Below, piece after piece: positions 18,119 to 27,856 of a stretch of DNA of 64,000 nucleotides. The stretch is from the NCBI GenBank assembly GCA_002632325.1, contig NSJK01000003.1, positions 37,957-101,956 on the forward strand. The letters are read 5' to 3'. Position 1 is the first letter of the stretch, and every line of letters starts with the position of its first letter. The notes under the pieces are model-generated. The model was not told the DNA's origin and searched no databases. It saw only the letters and a list, made by a program, of their open reading frames with translations. The stretch comes from Lysobacterales bacterium. GTDB lineage: Bacteria; Pseudomonadota; Gammaproteobacteria; Xanthomonadales; Rhodanobacteraceae. The translations under genes and the position numbers were made by a program.

Positions 18119-19299
18119 CGCATCGCTCCCAGCACGCGATAGATCGCCAGATGTTCACCTTCTTCGACAGGCTCGGCGGGAAACTGCTGACCACCGAAAC
18201 CCAGCATGCCGTTGTTGAAGGCTGCGGGCATGTCGTAGCGGACGATGATCGTGCCCGCAGGCAAGCCGCCGGCGGGCGGTGCGACTGCCAGACCGATATT
18301 GAGCGGCGCGGCATGGTAGGCGAGGCGAATCGAGACGAATGGCGACAGCGAACCGAGCAGGACATGCCGATCGGGTGGCTCGTCACGCAGGATTTTCTTG
18401 AGCTCAAGCGCCGCGGCGGACAGATCACCATCAGCGACATGCTGTTGCCGCTGTGCAAGCGCAATGTTGCCCCACGCGTCCTGATCGGTACGTCGCTTGT
18501 AGTCGAGATCGCGCAGCCAGCACAGGTCGAGCGCGAGCCACGCCACGCCGACACCGATCGCGAGCAGGCGCCGCCATGCACGCCCGCGCAAGCCCAGTAC
18601 CACCCACGCAAGAACCGCCGCCAGCGCGAGCGCGATGGCTGCCACCAGCGGCGGGCGCAAGGGATGCGGCGTGCTGTCACCGATCTCGCTCGGGCCGAGC
18701 GCGCTGATCGACACCAGTTGCCAGGGGGTGTGCGCGAACCAGGCACTCAGGAGTGTGTCGACCTGACCGAACCAGGAAGCGCTGCGCAAGGTCGCCGAGC
18801 GCAGCGTGAAAGGTCGGAATGCCTGCTGCGGCGGCACCAACTGCGCGACCGGGAATTGGGCAAAGCCGATTTCGGAGATCTCGCCGTGCCAGGCCGCGAC
18901 ACCGGACAGATCGACACTGACGGCTCCGTCGGCCGTTGGTCGCGGCAGCGAGATCGACTCGACGTCCTTGCTGCCGGCGCGGCGAAACACCAGCGACAGT
19001 TCGAGCGTGCGCGGGAAATCGTCGAAACGGTAGCTGAGGATGGGAAAGTGCTGCGCATCGAGATCGGGCACCTGCGCAGTCTGCAACGCCGAGAAATCGG
19101 CTCCGGCAGCATCGACGCGCAGGTCCTGGCCGTTTGGTTCGGCTTCACCGAACACCTGCTGGAAACGGCTGCCATGGAACACCCGGTGTTCGCCGTGCAA
19201 CGGCATATTCCACCGCACGCCGGCCACGAGCAGGATCAGGATCAGCCAGACCGCGAGCAGGCTCGCGCCGAAAATCGCGATGCGCATGGGCCGTGACAT
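18115..19299 (-). CDS. Membrane-anchored hypothetical protein
   Basis: ORF 18115..19299. N-terminal TM (IAIFGASLLAVWLILILLVAGV) and a central TM pair (LVAAIALALAAVLAWVVLGL / LLAIGVGVAWLALDLCWL). Translationally coupled on both sides. Confidence 0.6.
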   Translation of the reverse strand: MSRPMRIAIFGASLLAVWLILILLVAGVRWNMPLHGEHRVFHGSRFQQVFGEAEPNGQDLRVDAAGADFSALQTAQVPDLDAQHFPILSYRFDDFPRTLELSLVFRRAGSKDVESISLPRPTADGAVSVDLSGVAAWHGEISEIGFAQFPVAQLVPPQQAFRPFTLRSATLRSASWFGQVDTLLSAWFAHTPWQLVSISALGPSEIGDSTPHPLRPPLVAAIALALAAVLAWVVLGLRGRAWRRLLAIGVGVAWLALDLCWLRDLDYKRRTDQDAWGNIALAQRQQHVADGDLSAAALELKKILRDEPPDRHVLLGSLSPFVSIRLAYHAAPLNIGLAVAPPAGGLPAGTIIVRYDMPAAFNNGMLGFGGQQFPAEPVEEGEHLAIYRVLGAMR

Positions 19300-20111
19300 C
19301 AGACCCCCTGCGCTTCGAGCTGGGCGATCTCCGCTGCCGTGAAGCCCGCACGCAAGCGCGCTTCACGGTTGAACGGCCCGCGCAGGCTGCCACGCATGTG
19401 GCTATCGATGAGCTCGCGGAATCTTGCCTGCGGCTCGACGCCCGCCTGCGCGCAGCACCAATCGAACCAGCGCGAACCTGCTGCGACATGCGCGACTTCC
19501 TCGGCGAGGATCACGTCAAGCACGGCCACGGTGTCGAGATCACCGACGCTGCGCAGGCGCTCGATCATTCCCGGCGTGACATCAAGGCCGCGTGCCTCGA
19601 GCACGCGCGGTACCAGCGCCATGCGCGCGAGACAGGAATCGGCAGTGCGTGTTGCCATGTCCCACAAGCCATCGTGGGCATCGAAATCGCCGTAGCGATG
19701 GCCCAGCTGCTGCAGACGCGTGGCAATCATCTCGAAATGACGCGCTTCGTCATCGGCGACCCGCACCCAATCAGCGTAGTACCGCTCGGGCATGCCGCGG
19801 AATCGATAGACCGCATCCCAGGCGAGATTGATCGCATTGAACTCGATGTGCGCAACCGCGTGCACGAGCGCCGCGCGTCCTTCGACCGAACCCAGACCGC
19901 GTTGGGCCAATTCGCGCGGCGCCACCAGACGTGGCCGCTGCGGACGCCCGGGCGCCGCGATCGGCGCAACGGTCGAGGTGTCGCCAAGACCAAGCCGCCC
20001 TGCTTCGAAATCGCGCGCAGCCGCATGCGTGAGCGAAAGCTTGGCCGCGATTTCGTCGCAGGCCAGACACGCCGCTGCAGCAGCAAACAAGGATTCCGGC
20101 TCGCCCACCAT
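19299..20111 (-). CDS. Ferritin-like DUF455 family protein
   Basis: ORF 19299..20177 (alternative start ATG 20111, MVGEPESL). ..ALVHAVAHIEFNAINLAWDAVYRF.., ..DEARHFEM.., ..LAEEVAHVAAG.. are di-iron-like helices typical of DUF455. Stop/start overlap (TGATG) with the next gene. Confidence 0.7.
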   Translation of the reverse strand: MVGEPESLFAAAAACLACDEIAAKLSLTHAAARDFEAGRLGLGDTSTVAPIAAPGRPQRPRLVAPRELAQRGLGSVEGRAALVHAVAHIEFNAINLAWDAVYRFRGMPERYYADWVRVADDEARHFEMIATRLQQLGHRYGDFDAHDGLWDMATRTADSCLARMALVPRVLEARGLDVTPGMIERLRSVGDLDTVAVLDVILAEEVAHVAAGSRWFDWCCAQAGVEPQARFRELIDSHMRGSLRGPFNREARLRAGFTAAEIAQLEAQGV

Positions 20112-20259
20112 GGCTGTTTCGCAACCTCCCTCAGGCGAACACGGAAGGTTTTCGCCAAAGCTGTTAAGGAACCACACTCACGCGACTCGTTCAACCCCGC
20201 ATGCGCGAATGCGTGACGGCGTCGCTGATCGCAGCGTGCGCTGCTTCACCGCAGACACA

Positions 20260-21738
20260 TCAACTGACTGCGCGTCGCTTCGCTTTGGCATCGTCAGAAC
20301 GTGCGAACTCCAGATCGGCAAGATAGGTCGGCTCCACGCCCGTCACGTACTCGCCGGAGAAACACGAGGTATCGAACGCAGCGAGATTCTCGTTGCCATC
20401 GCGCACCGCCCAGATCAGATCGTCGAGATCCTGATAGATGAGCTTGTCGGCACCGAGCATGCGCTCGATCTCCTCGACACTGCGGCCATGCGCCACCAGT
20501 TCGGCGGTGGCCGGCATGTCGATGCCGTAGATGTTGGGGTAGCGCACCGGCGGCGCCGCCGAAGCAAGGTAGACCTTCTTTGCGCCAGCCTCGCGTGCCA
20601 TCTGGATGATCTGTTTCGACGTGGTCCCGCGCACGATCGAATCATCGACCAGCAACACGTTCTTGCGCCGAAACTCCAGCCCGATCGGATTGAGCTTGCG
20701 GCGCACCGATTTCACGCGTTCGCTCTGGCCCGGCATGATGAAGGTGCGCCCGATGTAACGGTTCTTGACGAAGCCCTCGCGCACCGGCACACCGAGAATC
20801 TGCGCCAACGGGCCGGCCGCAGTGCGCGAGGTGTCGGGAATCGGGATTACCGCGTCGATATCGTGATCGGGCATCTCGCGCAGGATCTTCTCACCGAGTT
20901 TTTCGCCCATGCGCAGGCGCGCCTTGTACACCGAGACGTCCTCGATCATCGAGTCGGGCCGCGCGAGATAGACGTACTCGAATATGCACGGCGCGTGCAG
21001 CGCCGGCTCGGCGCAATGGCGCGCATGCAACTGGCCATCGAGCGTGAGCAAGACTGCCTCGCCCGGTGCGACATCGCGCAGCAGGCGAAAACCGAGGATG
21101 TCGAGCGCCACCGATTCGGAAGCGACCGCATATTCCTTGCCGCTGGCGGTGTCGCGTTCGCCGAGCACCAGCGGACGGATGCCGTGACGGTCACGGAACG
21201 CGAGCACCCCGTAACCGAGCACCATCGACACCACCGCATAGCCGCCGACGCAGCGCGCGTGGGTGCCGGCGACGGCCTTGAAAATGTGGTCGGGCGTGAG
21301 CGTGCGACGGTCCTGGATCTGCAGCTCGTGCGCAAGCACGTTGAGCAGGACTTCGGAATCCGAGTCGGTGTTGACGTGACGACGGTCATCCTCGAACACC
21401 TCGCGGCGCAAGGCCTGGGTGTTGATGAGGTTGCCGTTGTGTGCCAGCGCGATGCCGCAAGGCGAATTCACGTACAGCGGCTGCGCCTCGGCCGAGCCTT
21501 CCGAGCCGGCGGTCGGATAGCGGCAATGACCGATGCCGACATTGCCGCGCAAGGCCAGCATGCTGTCGTGGTTGAACACGTCGCGCACCAGACCCGCACC
21601 CTTGTGCAGGCGCAGACGGTTGCCATCGAGCGTGGCAATGCCGGCGGCGTCCTGACCACGATGTTGGAGCACGGTCAGCGCGTCGTAGAGCGCCGCTGCG
21701 ACTTCGGATTTGCCGACGATGCCGATGATTCCGCACAT
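20260..21738 (-). CDS. purF: Amidophosphoribosyltransferase PurF
   Basis: In frame within ORF 20260..22029. ATG 21738 gives [34 protein letters not shown] (Ntn Cys1). PRTase motif [14 protein letters not shown]. Confidence 0.95.
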   Translation of the reverse strand: MCGIIGIVGKSEVAAALYDALTVLQHRGQDAAGIATLDGNRLRLHKGAGLVRDVFNHDSMLALRGNVGIGHCRYPTAGSEGSAEAQPLYVNSPCGIALAHNGNLINTQALRREVFEDDRRHVNTDSDSEVLLNVLAHELQIQDRRTLTPDHIFKAVAGTHARCVGGYAVVSMVLGYGVLAFRDRHGIRPLVLGERDTASGKEYAVASESVALDILGFRLLRDVAPGEAVLLTLDGQLHARHCAEPALHAPCIFEYVYLARPDSMIEDVSVYKARLRMGEKLGEKILREMPDHDIDAVIPIPDTSRTAAGPLAQILGVPVREGFVKNRYIGRTFIMPGQSERVKSVRRKLNPIGLEFRRKNVLLVDDSIVRGTTSKQIIQMAREAGAKKVYLASAAPPVRYPNIYGIDMPATAELVAHGRSVEEIERMLGADKLIYQDLDDLIWAVRDGNENLAAFDTSCFSGEYVTGVEPTYLADLEFARSDDAKAKRRAVS

Positions 21739-21748
21739 GGTGATGACT

Positions 21749-22303
21749 TCAATGAGTAGAGGGTTGGGGAGCCGGCAGTTGCGGCAGGATCTTGAGCGGG
21801 TCGCGCACCAGATTTTCCACCGGATCGAGGTAATGCGCGACCTCCGGCGGCAGGTGCGCGGCCAGCCAGTCCGCACCTCGCTGGAAGGTCGGCAGCAGGC
21901 GTGACTCCTGCCACCACGGGTCCTGCCTGAACATCGCGCCGAGCACAAACACGACCAGCACCACCAGCGCGAGGCCACGCACGAGGCCGAACACCATGCC
22001 CAGCAGACGATCGCTGCCGGACAAGCCACTGCCGGCGATCAGCTTGCGCAGGATGTAGGCGACGATCGCGCCGACCATCAGCACCGCGATGAAACACAAC
22101 ACATAGGCCAGCATGATGCGCACCGAAGGCGTCGGCACATGCTCGGCGAGCCGCAGCGCCAGCGCCGGGCCGAGCAGCCAGGCGAACCAGAACGCACAGA
22201 ACCAGATCACCAGCGCCAGCACTTCACTGATCAGGCCACGCCACAGGCCCATCAGCATCGACAGGCCGAGCACGGCGAGGATGGCAATGTCGGCCCAGTT
22301 CAC
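21749..22303 (-). CDS. cvpA: Colicin V production protein CvpA
   Basis: ORF 21749..22336. Likely GTG start at 22303 ([28 protein letters not shown]). Four TM segments. Conserved position between dedD and purF. Confidence 0.85.
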   Translation of the reverse strand: MNWADIAILAVLGLSMLMGLWRGLISEVLALVIWFCAFWFAWLLGPALALRLAEHVPTPSVRIMLAYVLCFIAVLMVGAIVAYILRKLIAGSGLSGSDRLLGMVFGLVRGLALVVLVVFVLGAMFRQDPWWQESRLLPTFQRGADWLAAHLPPEVAHYLDPVENLVRDPLKILPQLPAPQPSTH

Positions 22304-22442
22304 GGGCCAACCCGCGACGACACATGGCAAGCGCACTCACGGCCGCTGATGCTTGCCATTGGCTTTGCTTGAATCATCGCGTGGATCCCGGCGAATCGGT
22401 CGTTCATTGCGCACTCGCGGCGCATCCCTCGCCTCTTGCTGA

Positions 22443-23375
22443 TCACTGCGTCACGATCATGCCGTCGACTTTGAGCTTGTCCTTGATCGCATCACGCAGC
22501 TTTTCCGCCTTGGCCCGCTCGACCTCCGGGCCCGCACGCACGCGCCAAAGCGTGCTGCCGTTGCTGCTGACCTTGTCGACGAAGGTGGCAAATCCGGCGT
22601 TGCGAACGCGATCGCGCAGCTTGTTGGCATCCTCGGCACTCTTGAGCGCACCCAGTTGCACCGCGTAGCCACCTGCCTTGTTGGCCGGCAGCGCTGCTGC
22701 ATCGGCCTTGGCATCCTCGGCGGTCTCGACCACGCTGCCGGGCACGCTCGGCTTGAACTGCTTGATGCGCAGGCGTGTCGCCTCGGCGGCAGCGCGGTCG
22801 GCGAACGGCCCCACGCGCACGCGCTCGGCGGGCTTGCCCTGATAGTCGGTCGCTTCCGCATACGCGGCAAAACCGCCCTTCTTGAGCGCCGCGACGAGAT
22901 CGGCGGCGTTCTTGCCCGTGCTGTAGACGCCCAGATGCACGAAGTAACGGCCATTGGCGGCGATCCCGGCATCGGCGCGCGTTGGCGGCGTCGAGGTATC
23001 GGCCGCAGCCTTGGTCGACTCAGGCTTGCTCGTGGCGGCCTTGGTCGGCTCGGGCTTGGGTGGTTCGGACTTGACCGGCTCGGGCTGGGACGCGGCAGCC
23101 GGCGGCGCGGTGACTGCCGTGGCATCGGCCGGTTTGGGTGCGGTCGCGGTATCGACGGTGGCAACGCGTTCGCTGCTGGCCGCAGGTGGCGGCGTGACGC
23201 TGAGGTCGCGGGTCTGGAACTCGCGCTCGGGCGCCGGCGGAATCGACAGCGTCGTCGTTTCCATCTTGCCCGACTGGCGCGGTCCGCTGCCGGACAGGAA
23301 CATCGGCACGAAAATCACTGCCAGCGCGATCAGCACGGCGGCGCCGAGCAGACGCTGTTTGAGCGACAGATCCAT
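22443..23375 (-). CDS. dedD: SPOR-domain cell-division protein (DedD-like)
   Basis: ORF 22443..23375. N-terminal TM, a Pro/Ala/Thr-rich linker, and two C-terminal SPOR repeats (YFVHLGVYSTGKNAADLVAALKKGGF.. and YAVQLGALKSAEDANKLRDRVRNAGF..). Confidence 0.8.
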   Translation of the reverse strand: MDLSLKQRLLGAAVLIALAVIFVPMFLSGSGPRQSGKMETTTLSIPPAPEREFQTRDLSVTPPPAASSERVATVDTATAPKPADATAVTAPPAAASQPEPVKSEPPKPEPTKAATSKPESTKAAADTSTPPTRADAGIAANGRYFVHLGVYSTGKNAADLVAALKKGGFAAYAEATDYQGKPAERVRVGPFADRAAAEATRLRIKQFKPSVPGSVVETAEDAKADAAALPANKAGGYAVQLGALKSAEDANKLRDRVRNAGFATFVDKVSSNGSTLWRVRAGPEVERAKAEKLRDAIKDKLKVDGMIVTQ

Positions 23376-23464
23376 GGACCATCCGCGATCAGAAAAACCC
23401 GGCGATTATACGTGAGCGCGACACACTGCCGGCCAAACGGCGATGAAATCATCGCTCTCGTCGC

Positions 23465-24751
23465 TCAATCCGTCGTCGCGCCCAGATGGCTGAACGCCGC
23501 CGCCGCGACGAAGAACGAACCGAAGGCGATGATTCGATCGCCGGGCCGCGCCGCCGCGATCGCGGCGTCGAGTGCTTGCGCGACACCAGGCCAGCCACTC
23601 ATGGCGGCGCCCGCGCCCCCGGTCGACACACGTGCCTGCAGCGCCGCGAGCGACAGACCCCGCGGCGAATCGGCGTCGAGCGCGGCAAGGAACCACTGCG
23701 CGATGTGCCGATCGAGAGCTGCCGCGATACCGCCCACGTCCTTGTCACCGAGCGCGCCGAAGACCGCGAAATTCCGGCCCGCGACCGGGTTCGCTTCAAG
23801 CCATTGCGCCAGTGCGCGCGCGGCCTGCGGGTTGTGCGCGACATCGACGAACACTTCGGGATCGCCCGCGATGCGCTGCAGGCGTGCGGCCGCACGGGCA
23901 TGGCACACGCCTTGCGCGATCGCAGTCTCATCCCAACCGCCGCGTCGGCGCAGCGCGTGCACCACCGCGATTGCCGTTGCCGCGTTGGCGATTTGCACCG
24001 GCGCCGCGAGTTCAGGCAAGGACAGTTCGAGTCGCGCCGTGCCGCAATGCCAGCACCAGCGTTCGTCGTCTCTTTGCCAGTGGTAATCGCGCCCGGCCAC
24101 GAGGCCGAGCGCACCGATTTCGCTCAAGGAGTCGAGCAAGCCTGCTGGCGAATCGAGGCTGCCGACAATTGCCGGGCGGCCACGGCGGAAGATGCCGGCC
24201 TTTTCGCGACCGATGCTGTCGCGATCACTGCCCAGCCACTCCTGATGATCCAGATCGACGGTCGTCACCACCGCCGCATCGGCATCGATGAGGTTGACGG
24301 CATCGAGGCGGCCACCCAGTCCGACTTCGAGCACGGCGACATCCAGTTGCGCCTGCGCGAACAGCCACAGCGCGGCGAGCGTGCCGAACTCGAAATAGGT
24401 CAGCGCGATGTTTTCGCGCACCTGTTCGATGCGCTCGAATGCCTCGATCCATCTCGCATCGGCAAGATCGACGCCGGCAATGCGCGCGCGCTCGTTGTAG
24501 CGCAACAGATGCGGCGAGGTGTAGGCGCCCACCCGTTTGCCGGCTGCGGCGTAGATGGCTTCAAGGAAGGCCACGGTCGAGCCCTTGCCATTGGTGCCGC
24601 CAACCGTGATCACCAGTGGCGCAGGCGACGGCGCTCCCAGTCTGCGCCACACTTCGCGCACGCGCTCCAGCCCGAGCGCGATTGCCTGCGGATGCATGCG
24701 CTGCTGGTATTCGAGCCACTCGGCCAGAGTGCGCGGCGTTGACGATGACAT
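23465..24751 (-). CDS. folC: Bifunctional folylpolyglutamate synthase / dihydrofolate synthase FolC
   Basis: In frame within ORF 23465..24814. ATG 24751 gives MSSSTPRTLAEWLEY. P-loop ITVGGTNGKGST. SPHLLRYNER. Confidence 0.9.
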   Translation of the reverse strand: MSSSTPRTLAEWLEYQQRMHPQAIALGLERVREVWRRLGAPSPAPLVITVGGTNGKGSTVAFLEAIYAAAGKRVGAYTSPHLLRYNERARIAGVDLADARWIEAFERIEQVRENIALTYFEFGTLAALWLFAQAQLDVAVLEVGLGGRLDAVNLIDADAAVVTTVDLDHQEWLGSDRDSIGREKAGIFRRGRPAIVGSLDSPAGLLDSLSEIGALGLVAGRDYHWQRDDERWCWHCGTARLELSLPELAAPVQIANAATAIAVVHALRRRGGWDETAIAQGVCHARAAARLQRIAGDPEVFVDVAHNPQAARALAQWLEANPVAGRNFAVFGALGDKDVGGIAAALDRHIAQWFLAALDADSPRGLSLAALQARVSTGGAGAAMSGWPGVAQALDAAIAAARPGDRIIAFGSFFVAAAAFSHLGATTD

Positions 24752-24770
24752 GGGTGGAATCGCCGTGCGC

Positions 24771-25415
24771 TCACAGCCGCAAGGTGCGCCGCGGCTTCCA
24801 CGGCAACTTGCCAAGCCAGTAAAGAATCAGCAGGAAGCCGAAGGCCAGACCGCCCAGATGGGCGAAGTGTGCAACACCCGCCTGCGTGCCGGTGACGCCG
24901 AGCACGAGTTCGAGGATGCCGTACAGCACGACGAACAAGCGCGCAGGAATCGGGATCGCAAAGTAGAGCAGGATGCGGTGATGCGGATACAGCAGACCGT
25001 AAGCGAGCAGCAGACCGAACACGCCGCCCGAAGCGCCCAACGTTGGAAAGTAACCACTCGGAAAGAAATGCATCACGACCAGTTGCGTCAGCGCCGCGCC
25101 GATCACGCACACGAAGTAATACAGCGCGAACGGCCTTGCCTCGAACGCCTCCTCGACCGGCCCGCCGAACATCCACAGCGCCAACATGTTGAACAGGATG
25201 TGCGACATGCCGCCATGCAGGAAGGCATAGGTGACCAGTTGCCACAACTCGAAACCGGCCACGTCGCTGTAAGGCGATGGCCCCAGCGGCCACAGCGCGA
25301 ACGGGATCGTCAGCGGATACGGCGGCTGCGAATCGTGCAGCGCCATCTGCAGCAGAAACACCAGGATGTTGGCGATGAGCAGCGCGCGAGTGACGGGCGG
25401 CGTGCGGATGGGCAT
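24771..25415 (-). CDS. Rhomboid-family intramembrane serine protease
   Basis: ORF 24771..25574. Start probably ATG 25415 (MPIRTPPVTRALLIANILVFLL) or ATG 25460. HLLFNM-type motif (SHILFNMLALWMFG), catalytic GASGGVFG, downstream HLGG. Confidence 0.8.
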   Translation of the reverse strand: MPIRTPPVTRALLIANILVFLLQMALHDSQPPYPLTIPFALWPLGPSPYSDVAGFELWQLVTYAFLHGGMSHILFNMLALWMFGGPVEEAFEARPFALYYFVCVIGAALTQLVVMHFFPSGYFPTLGASGGVFGLLLAYGLLYPHHRILLYFAIPIPARLFVVLYGILELVLGVTGTQAGVAHFAHLGGLAFGFLLILYWLGKLPWKPRRTLRL

Positions 25416-25458
25416 GCGGGTGATCGAAGGCAAAGAGCCGGTATTGTGACCCTTTTGC

Positions 25459-25890
25459 ATGGATCGCCGCAAAGACCATCCAGCCATTCGCCACGCTCGC
25501 CCGGCAAGCGCGGTGCACCTTGAGCAACACATGCTCGTCACCCTGATCGAGGGGCCGGCAGTCAGCTTGAGCATCGACGCGGATCAGATCGAGCAGGCGC
25601 TCATCAACCTGATCCGCAATGCAGTCGATGCGGTGGCGTTGAGCGGCCATGTCAGTCTGGGCTGGCGCCTGGACGGCTCCTGGCTGCAGATCGAGATCGT
25701 CGATGACGGCCCCGGCTTGCCGCCCAGCAGCAAGCTGTTCGTGCCCTTCTTCACCACCAAGCCCGGCGGTTCGGGCATCGGGTTGGTACTCACGCGCCAG
25801 ATCATCGAACAGCACGGCGGCACCCTTAGCCTGCAGAATCGCAGCGATTCACACGGCTGCATTGCCTGCATCCGCCTGCCCCTGACTTGA
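25459..25890 (+). pseudogene. Histidine kinase remnant: HATPase_c domain only, no DHp/HisKA or sensor region
   Basis: ORF 25459..25890. N box QALINLIRNAVDA, G1 IVDDGPGL, F/G2 FVPFFTTKPGGSGIGL. Homology starts about aa 25 and nothing upstream resembles the H-box. The 5' side abuts the divergent rhomboid gene. Confidence 0.7.
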
Positions 25891-26286
25891 TCAGATCGCC
25901 TCGTCGAAGCCATCGACGAACACGCGGTCGATCACCGTGATCGAGCCACGCATGCCGCTGGTGAGGTCACCGTGTTGCTCACAGTAGTAGCCGATCGTGC
26001 CAAGGCGATTGAACTGCCGCGACACCTGCCAGAGCTGCGCGCTGGGTGCGCCGTGCAGGTTGCAGTCGAGCGCGCAGATGAAGCTGTCGTCGTCGGCGCG
26101 GACGTTGTGCAGGCCGCCACCATTGACGAAGCGCACGATGTCACCCTGATGGATCGTGAGCTGCGCTGGCGTGAAGGTCATGTCGTCGTTGGCCGTGACG
26201 ACATGCACCGTCGCCTGTGCAGCACCTGCGCCAAACAATCCGGCACACATCAGGACCGCATGGCACGATCGGTTCGCAGCGCGCAT
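25891..26286 (-). CDS. Secreted cupredoxin (plastocyanin/pseudoazurin-like type 1 copper protein)
   Basis: ORF 25891..26286. Signal peptide ..LMCAGLFGAGAAQA. Ligand pattern GGLHNV ... YYCEQHGDLTSGMRG (H...C..H.....M). Ends RVFVDGFDEAI. 4-nt gap to the upstream DUF1501 gene. Confidence 0.75.
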   Translation of the reverse strand: MRAANRSCHAVLMCAGLFGAGAAQATVHVVTANDDMTFTPAQLTIHQGDIVRFVNGGGLHNVRADDDSFICALDCNLHGAPSAQLWQVSRQFNRLGTIGYYCEQHGDLTSGMRGSITVIDRVFVDGFDEAI

Positions 26287-26289
26287 GGC

Positions 26290-27813
26290 TCAACCCAGAA
26301 AACGCAAGTTCGCAGTGGGGAAATTGCCGAGGTTGGGCAACAGATCGGCGATACCACCCGCGCTCACGCCGAACCATGCCGCCAGCGTTGCCACATACTG
26401 GTCCGTCGAGGTGGTCGGGATGATCGCGCCATAGCCGGTGTCATCGGGATTGCTCGTGCCCGGATTGTCCTCGTCGTAGGCAGCCAGCGAAGGCATCGTG
26501 CCGTAGAAGCGTCCGCCACGCACCGCACCGCCAACCACGAAATGATGTCCGCCCCAGCCATGGTCGGTGCCGCTGCCGTTGACCGCGAGCGAACGGCCGA
26601 AGTCCGAAGCGGTGAACGTCGTGACGCCGCTCTCCACGCCCAGTTCGACCGTTGCTGCATGAAACGCTGCAATTGCCTGCGACATCTCCTGCAGGTTCGA
26701 GGCATGATCGATGAGCTGGGTGCTGTGCGAGTCGTAGCCGCCGACCGAGGCATAGAACACCTGCCGGCTCATGCCCAGCGAGGCACGCACCTTGATCATC
26801 AGCGCGATCGCCGCAAGCTGGTTGCCCAGATCGGTGTCGGGGAATGGCGTAGTCAGGCGCACGCCATTCAGGGCCGCATTGATCAGGGCCGCGTTCGCAA
26901 TCGCACGATTGGACGTATCGGCATAGGCGCGCTCGAGCACATTCGCCTGCGTGCCCGCGGCGCGCAAGGCATCGTAGGCAGCCAGACGTCCGGGATCGGC
27001 GGGTAACATCCACGAATCGGGGCCATCGCCGCGAAAACTCATGCCCGGCACGCTGAAGAACGGGATCGGATCACCATTCTCGTCGACGCCACCGGCCGCC
27101 TCCGCGGCCGCGTTCCATGAATCGAGCGCGTACTGATTGACGATGCTGCCGCGCTGAAAGCGATTGGATCCGGCCAGCGTAATGCTCATCGGCAAGGCGC
27201 CTGCATTGCTGCTGTAGAGCATGTCGGCAACACGCCCGCCCCAGCCATCGGCGCTGGCATCGTCTGGGCGCGCGGTCTGCCACTGGTTGCTCTGATCGTC
27301 GTGCGAATACAGCTGCGGCGGCTTGGGTACGAGATCGTTCTGGTATTGCGCCTGCGTGATCGGCTGAATCAAGGTGCCGACATTGGCGACGATGGCAGCC
27401 TTGCCACTGTTGAACAGACCGCGCAATCCGGCGTTGCCACCTGAAATCTGTCCCAGCGATGGATGCATGCCGTAGGCGCCGCCATCACTGGGCGGACCGC
27501 CCGGCAGGCCGCCACCAACTGGCAAGGGCGTCAACGCATTGGCGAGCAGATCGCCTTGTGGCAGCGCCAGGCCCGCGCGGGTCGCGGAATAGATCGGGTA
27601 GTGCGTGGCATCGTGCGGTGCGAGCGTGTTGAACGCGTCATTGCCACCGCCGAGGAAGATGCAGACCAGCGCCTTGTAGTCTCCGAACGATGCGCGCGTC
27701 GAAGCTGCGGCTGCAGCGATCAGGCGCAGATTGCCCAGCGCCGAGAATGCGCTGACGCCGCCGAGGGCGGCGCAGATGCTGCGGCGAAGAAACTGGCGAC
27801 GATTGACGTGCAT
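26290..27813 (-). CDS. DUF1501 family protein (Tat-exported, sulfatase/phosphatase-like fold)
   Basis: ORF 26290..27813. Twin-arginine signal MHVNRRQFLRRSICAALGG. ..GGYDSHS.., ..SDFGRS...NGSGTDHGWGGHHFVVGG.. are typical of DUF1501. Confidence 0.8.
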   Translation of the reverse strand: MHVNRRQFLRRSICAALGGVSAFSALGNLRLIAAAAASTRASFGDYKALVCIFLGGGNDAFNTLAPHDATHYPIYSATRAGLALPQGDLLANALTPLPVGGGLPGGPPSDGGAYGMHPSLGQISGGNAGLRGLFNSGKAAIVANVGTLIQPITQAQYQNDLVPKPPQLYSHDDQSNQWQTARPDDASADGWGGRVADMLYSSNAGALPMSITLAGSNRFQRGSIVNQYALDSWNAAAEAAGGVDENGDPIPFFSVPGMSFRGDGPDSWMLPADPGRLAAYDALRAAGTQANVLERAYADTSNRAIANAALINAALNGVRLTTPFPDTDLGNQLAAIALMIKVRASLGMSRQVFYASVGGYDSHSTQLIDHASNLQEMSQAIAAFHAATVELGVESGVTTFTASDFGRSLAVNGSGTDHGWGGHHFVVGGAVRGGRFYGTMPSLAAYDEDNPGTSNPDDTGYGAIIPTTSTDQYVATLAAWFGVSAGGIADLLPNLGNFPTANLRFLG

Positions 27814-27856
27814 GGTGCACTCCTTGGCGCGGCCGTGACGACGGCAGGCGCGCAGC

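Noticed and set aside
19828-24086. Plus-strand ORFs of 643 aa (19828..21759) and 476 aa (22656..24086) opposite purF, dedD and folC
   Set aside because: They are antisense to strongly conserved housekeeping genes with textbook motifs.
24771-25415. Idea that the rhomboid protease is a rhombosortase acting on the FADGFD-tagged proteins
   Set aside because: Rhombosortase substrates carry GlyGly-CTERM tags with a C-terminal TM helix. The FADGFD proteins end without any hydrophobic helix, and the gene is 20 kb away in a housekeeping context.
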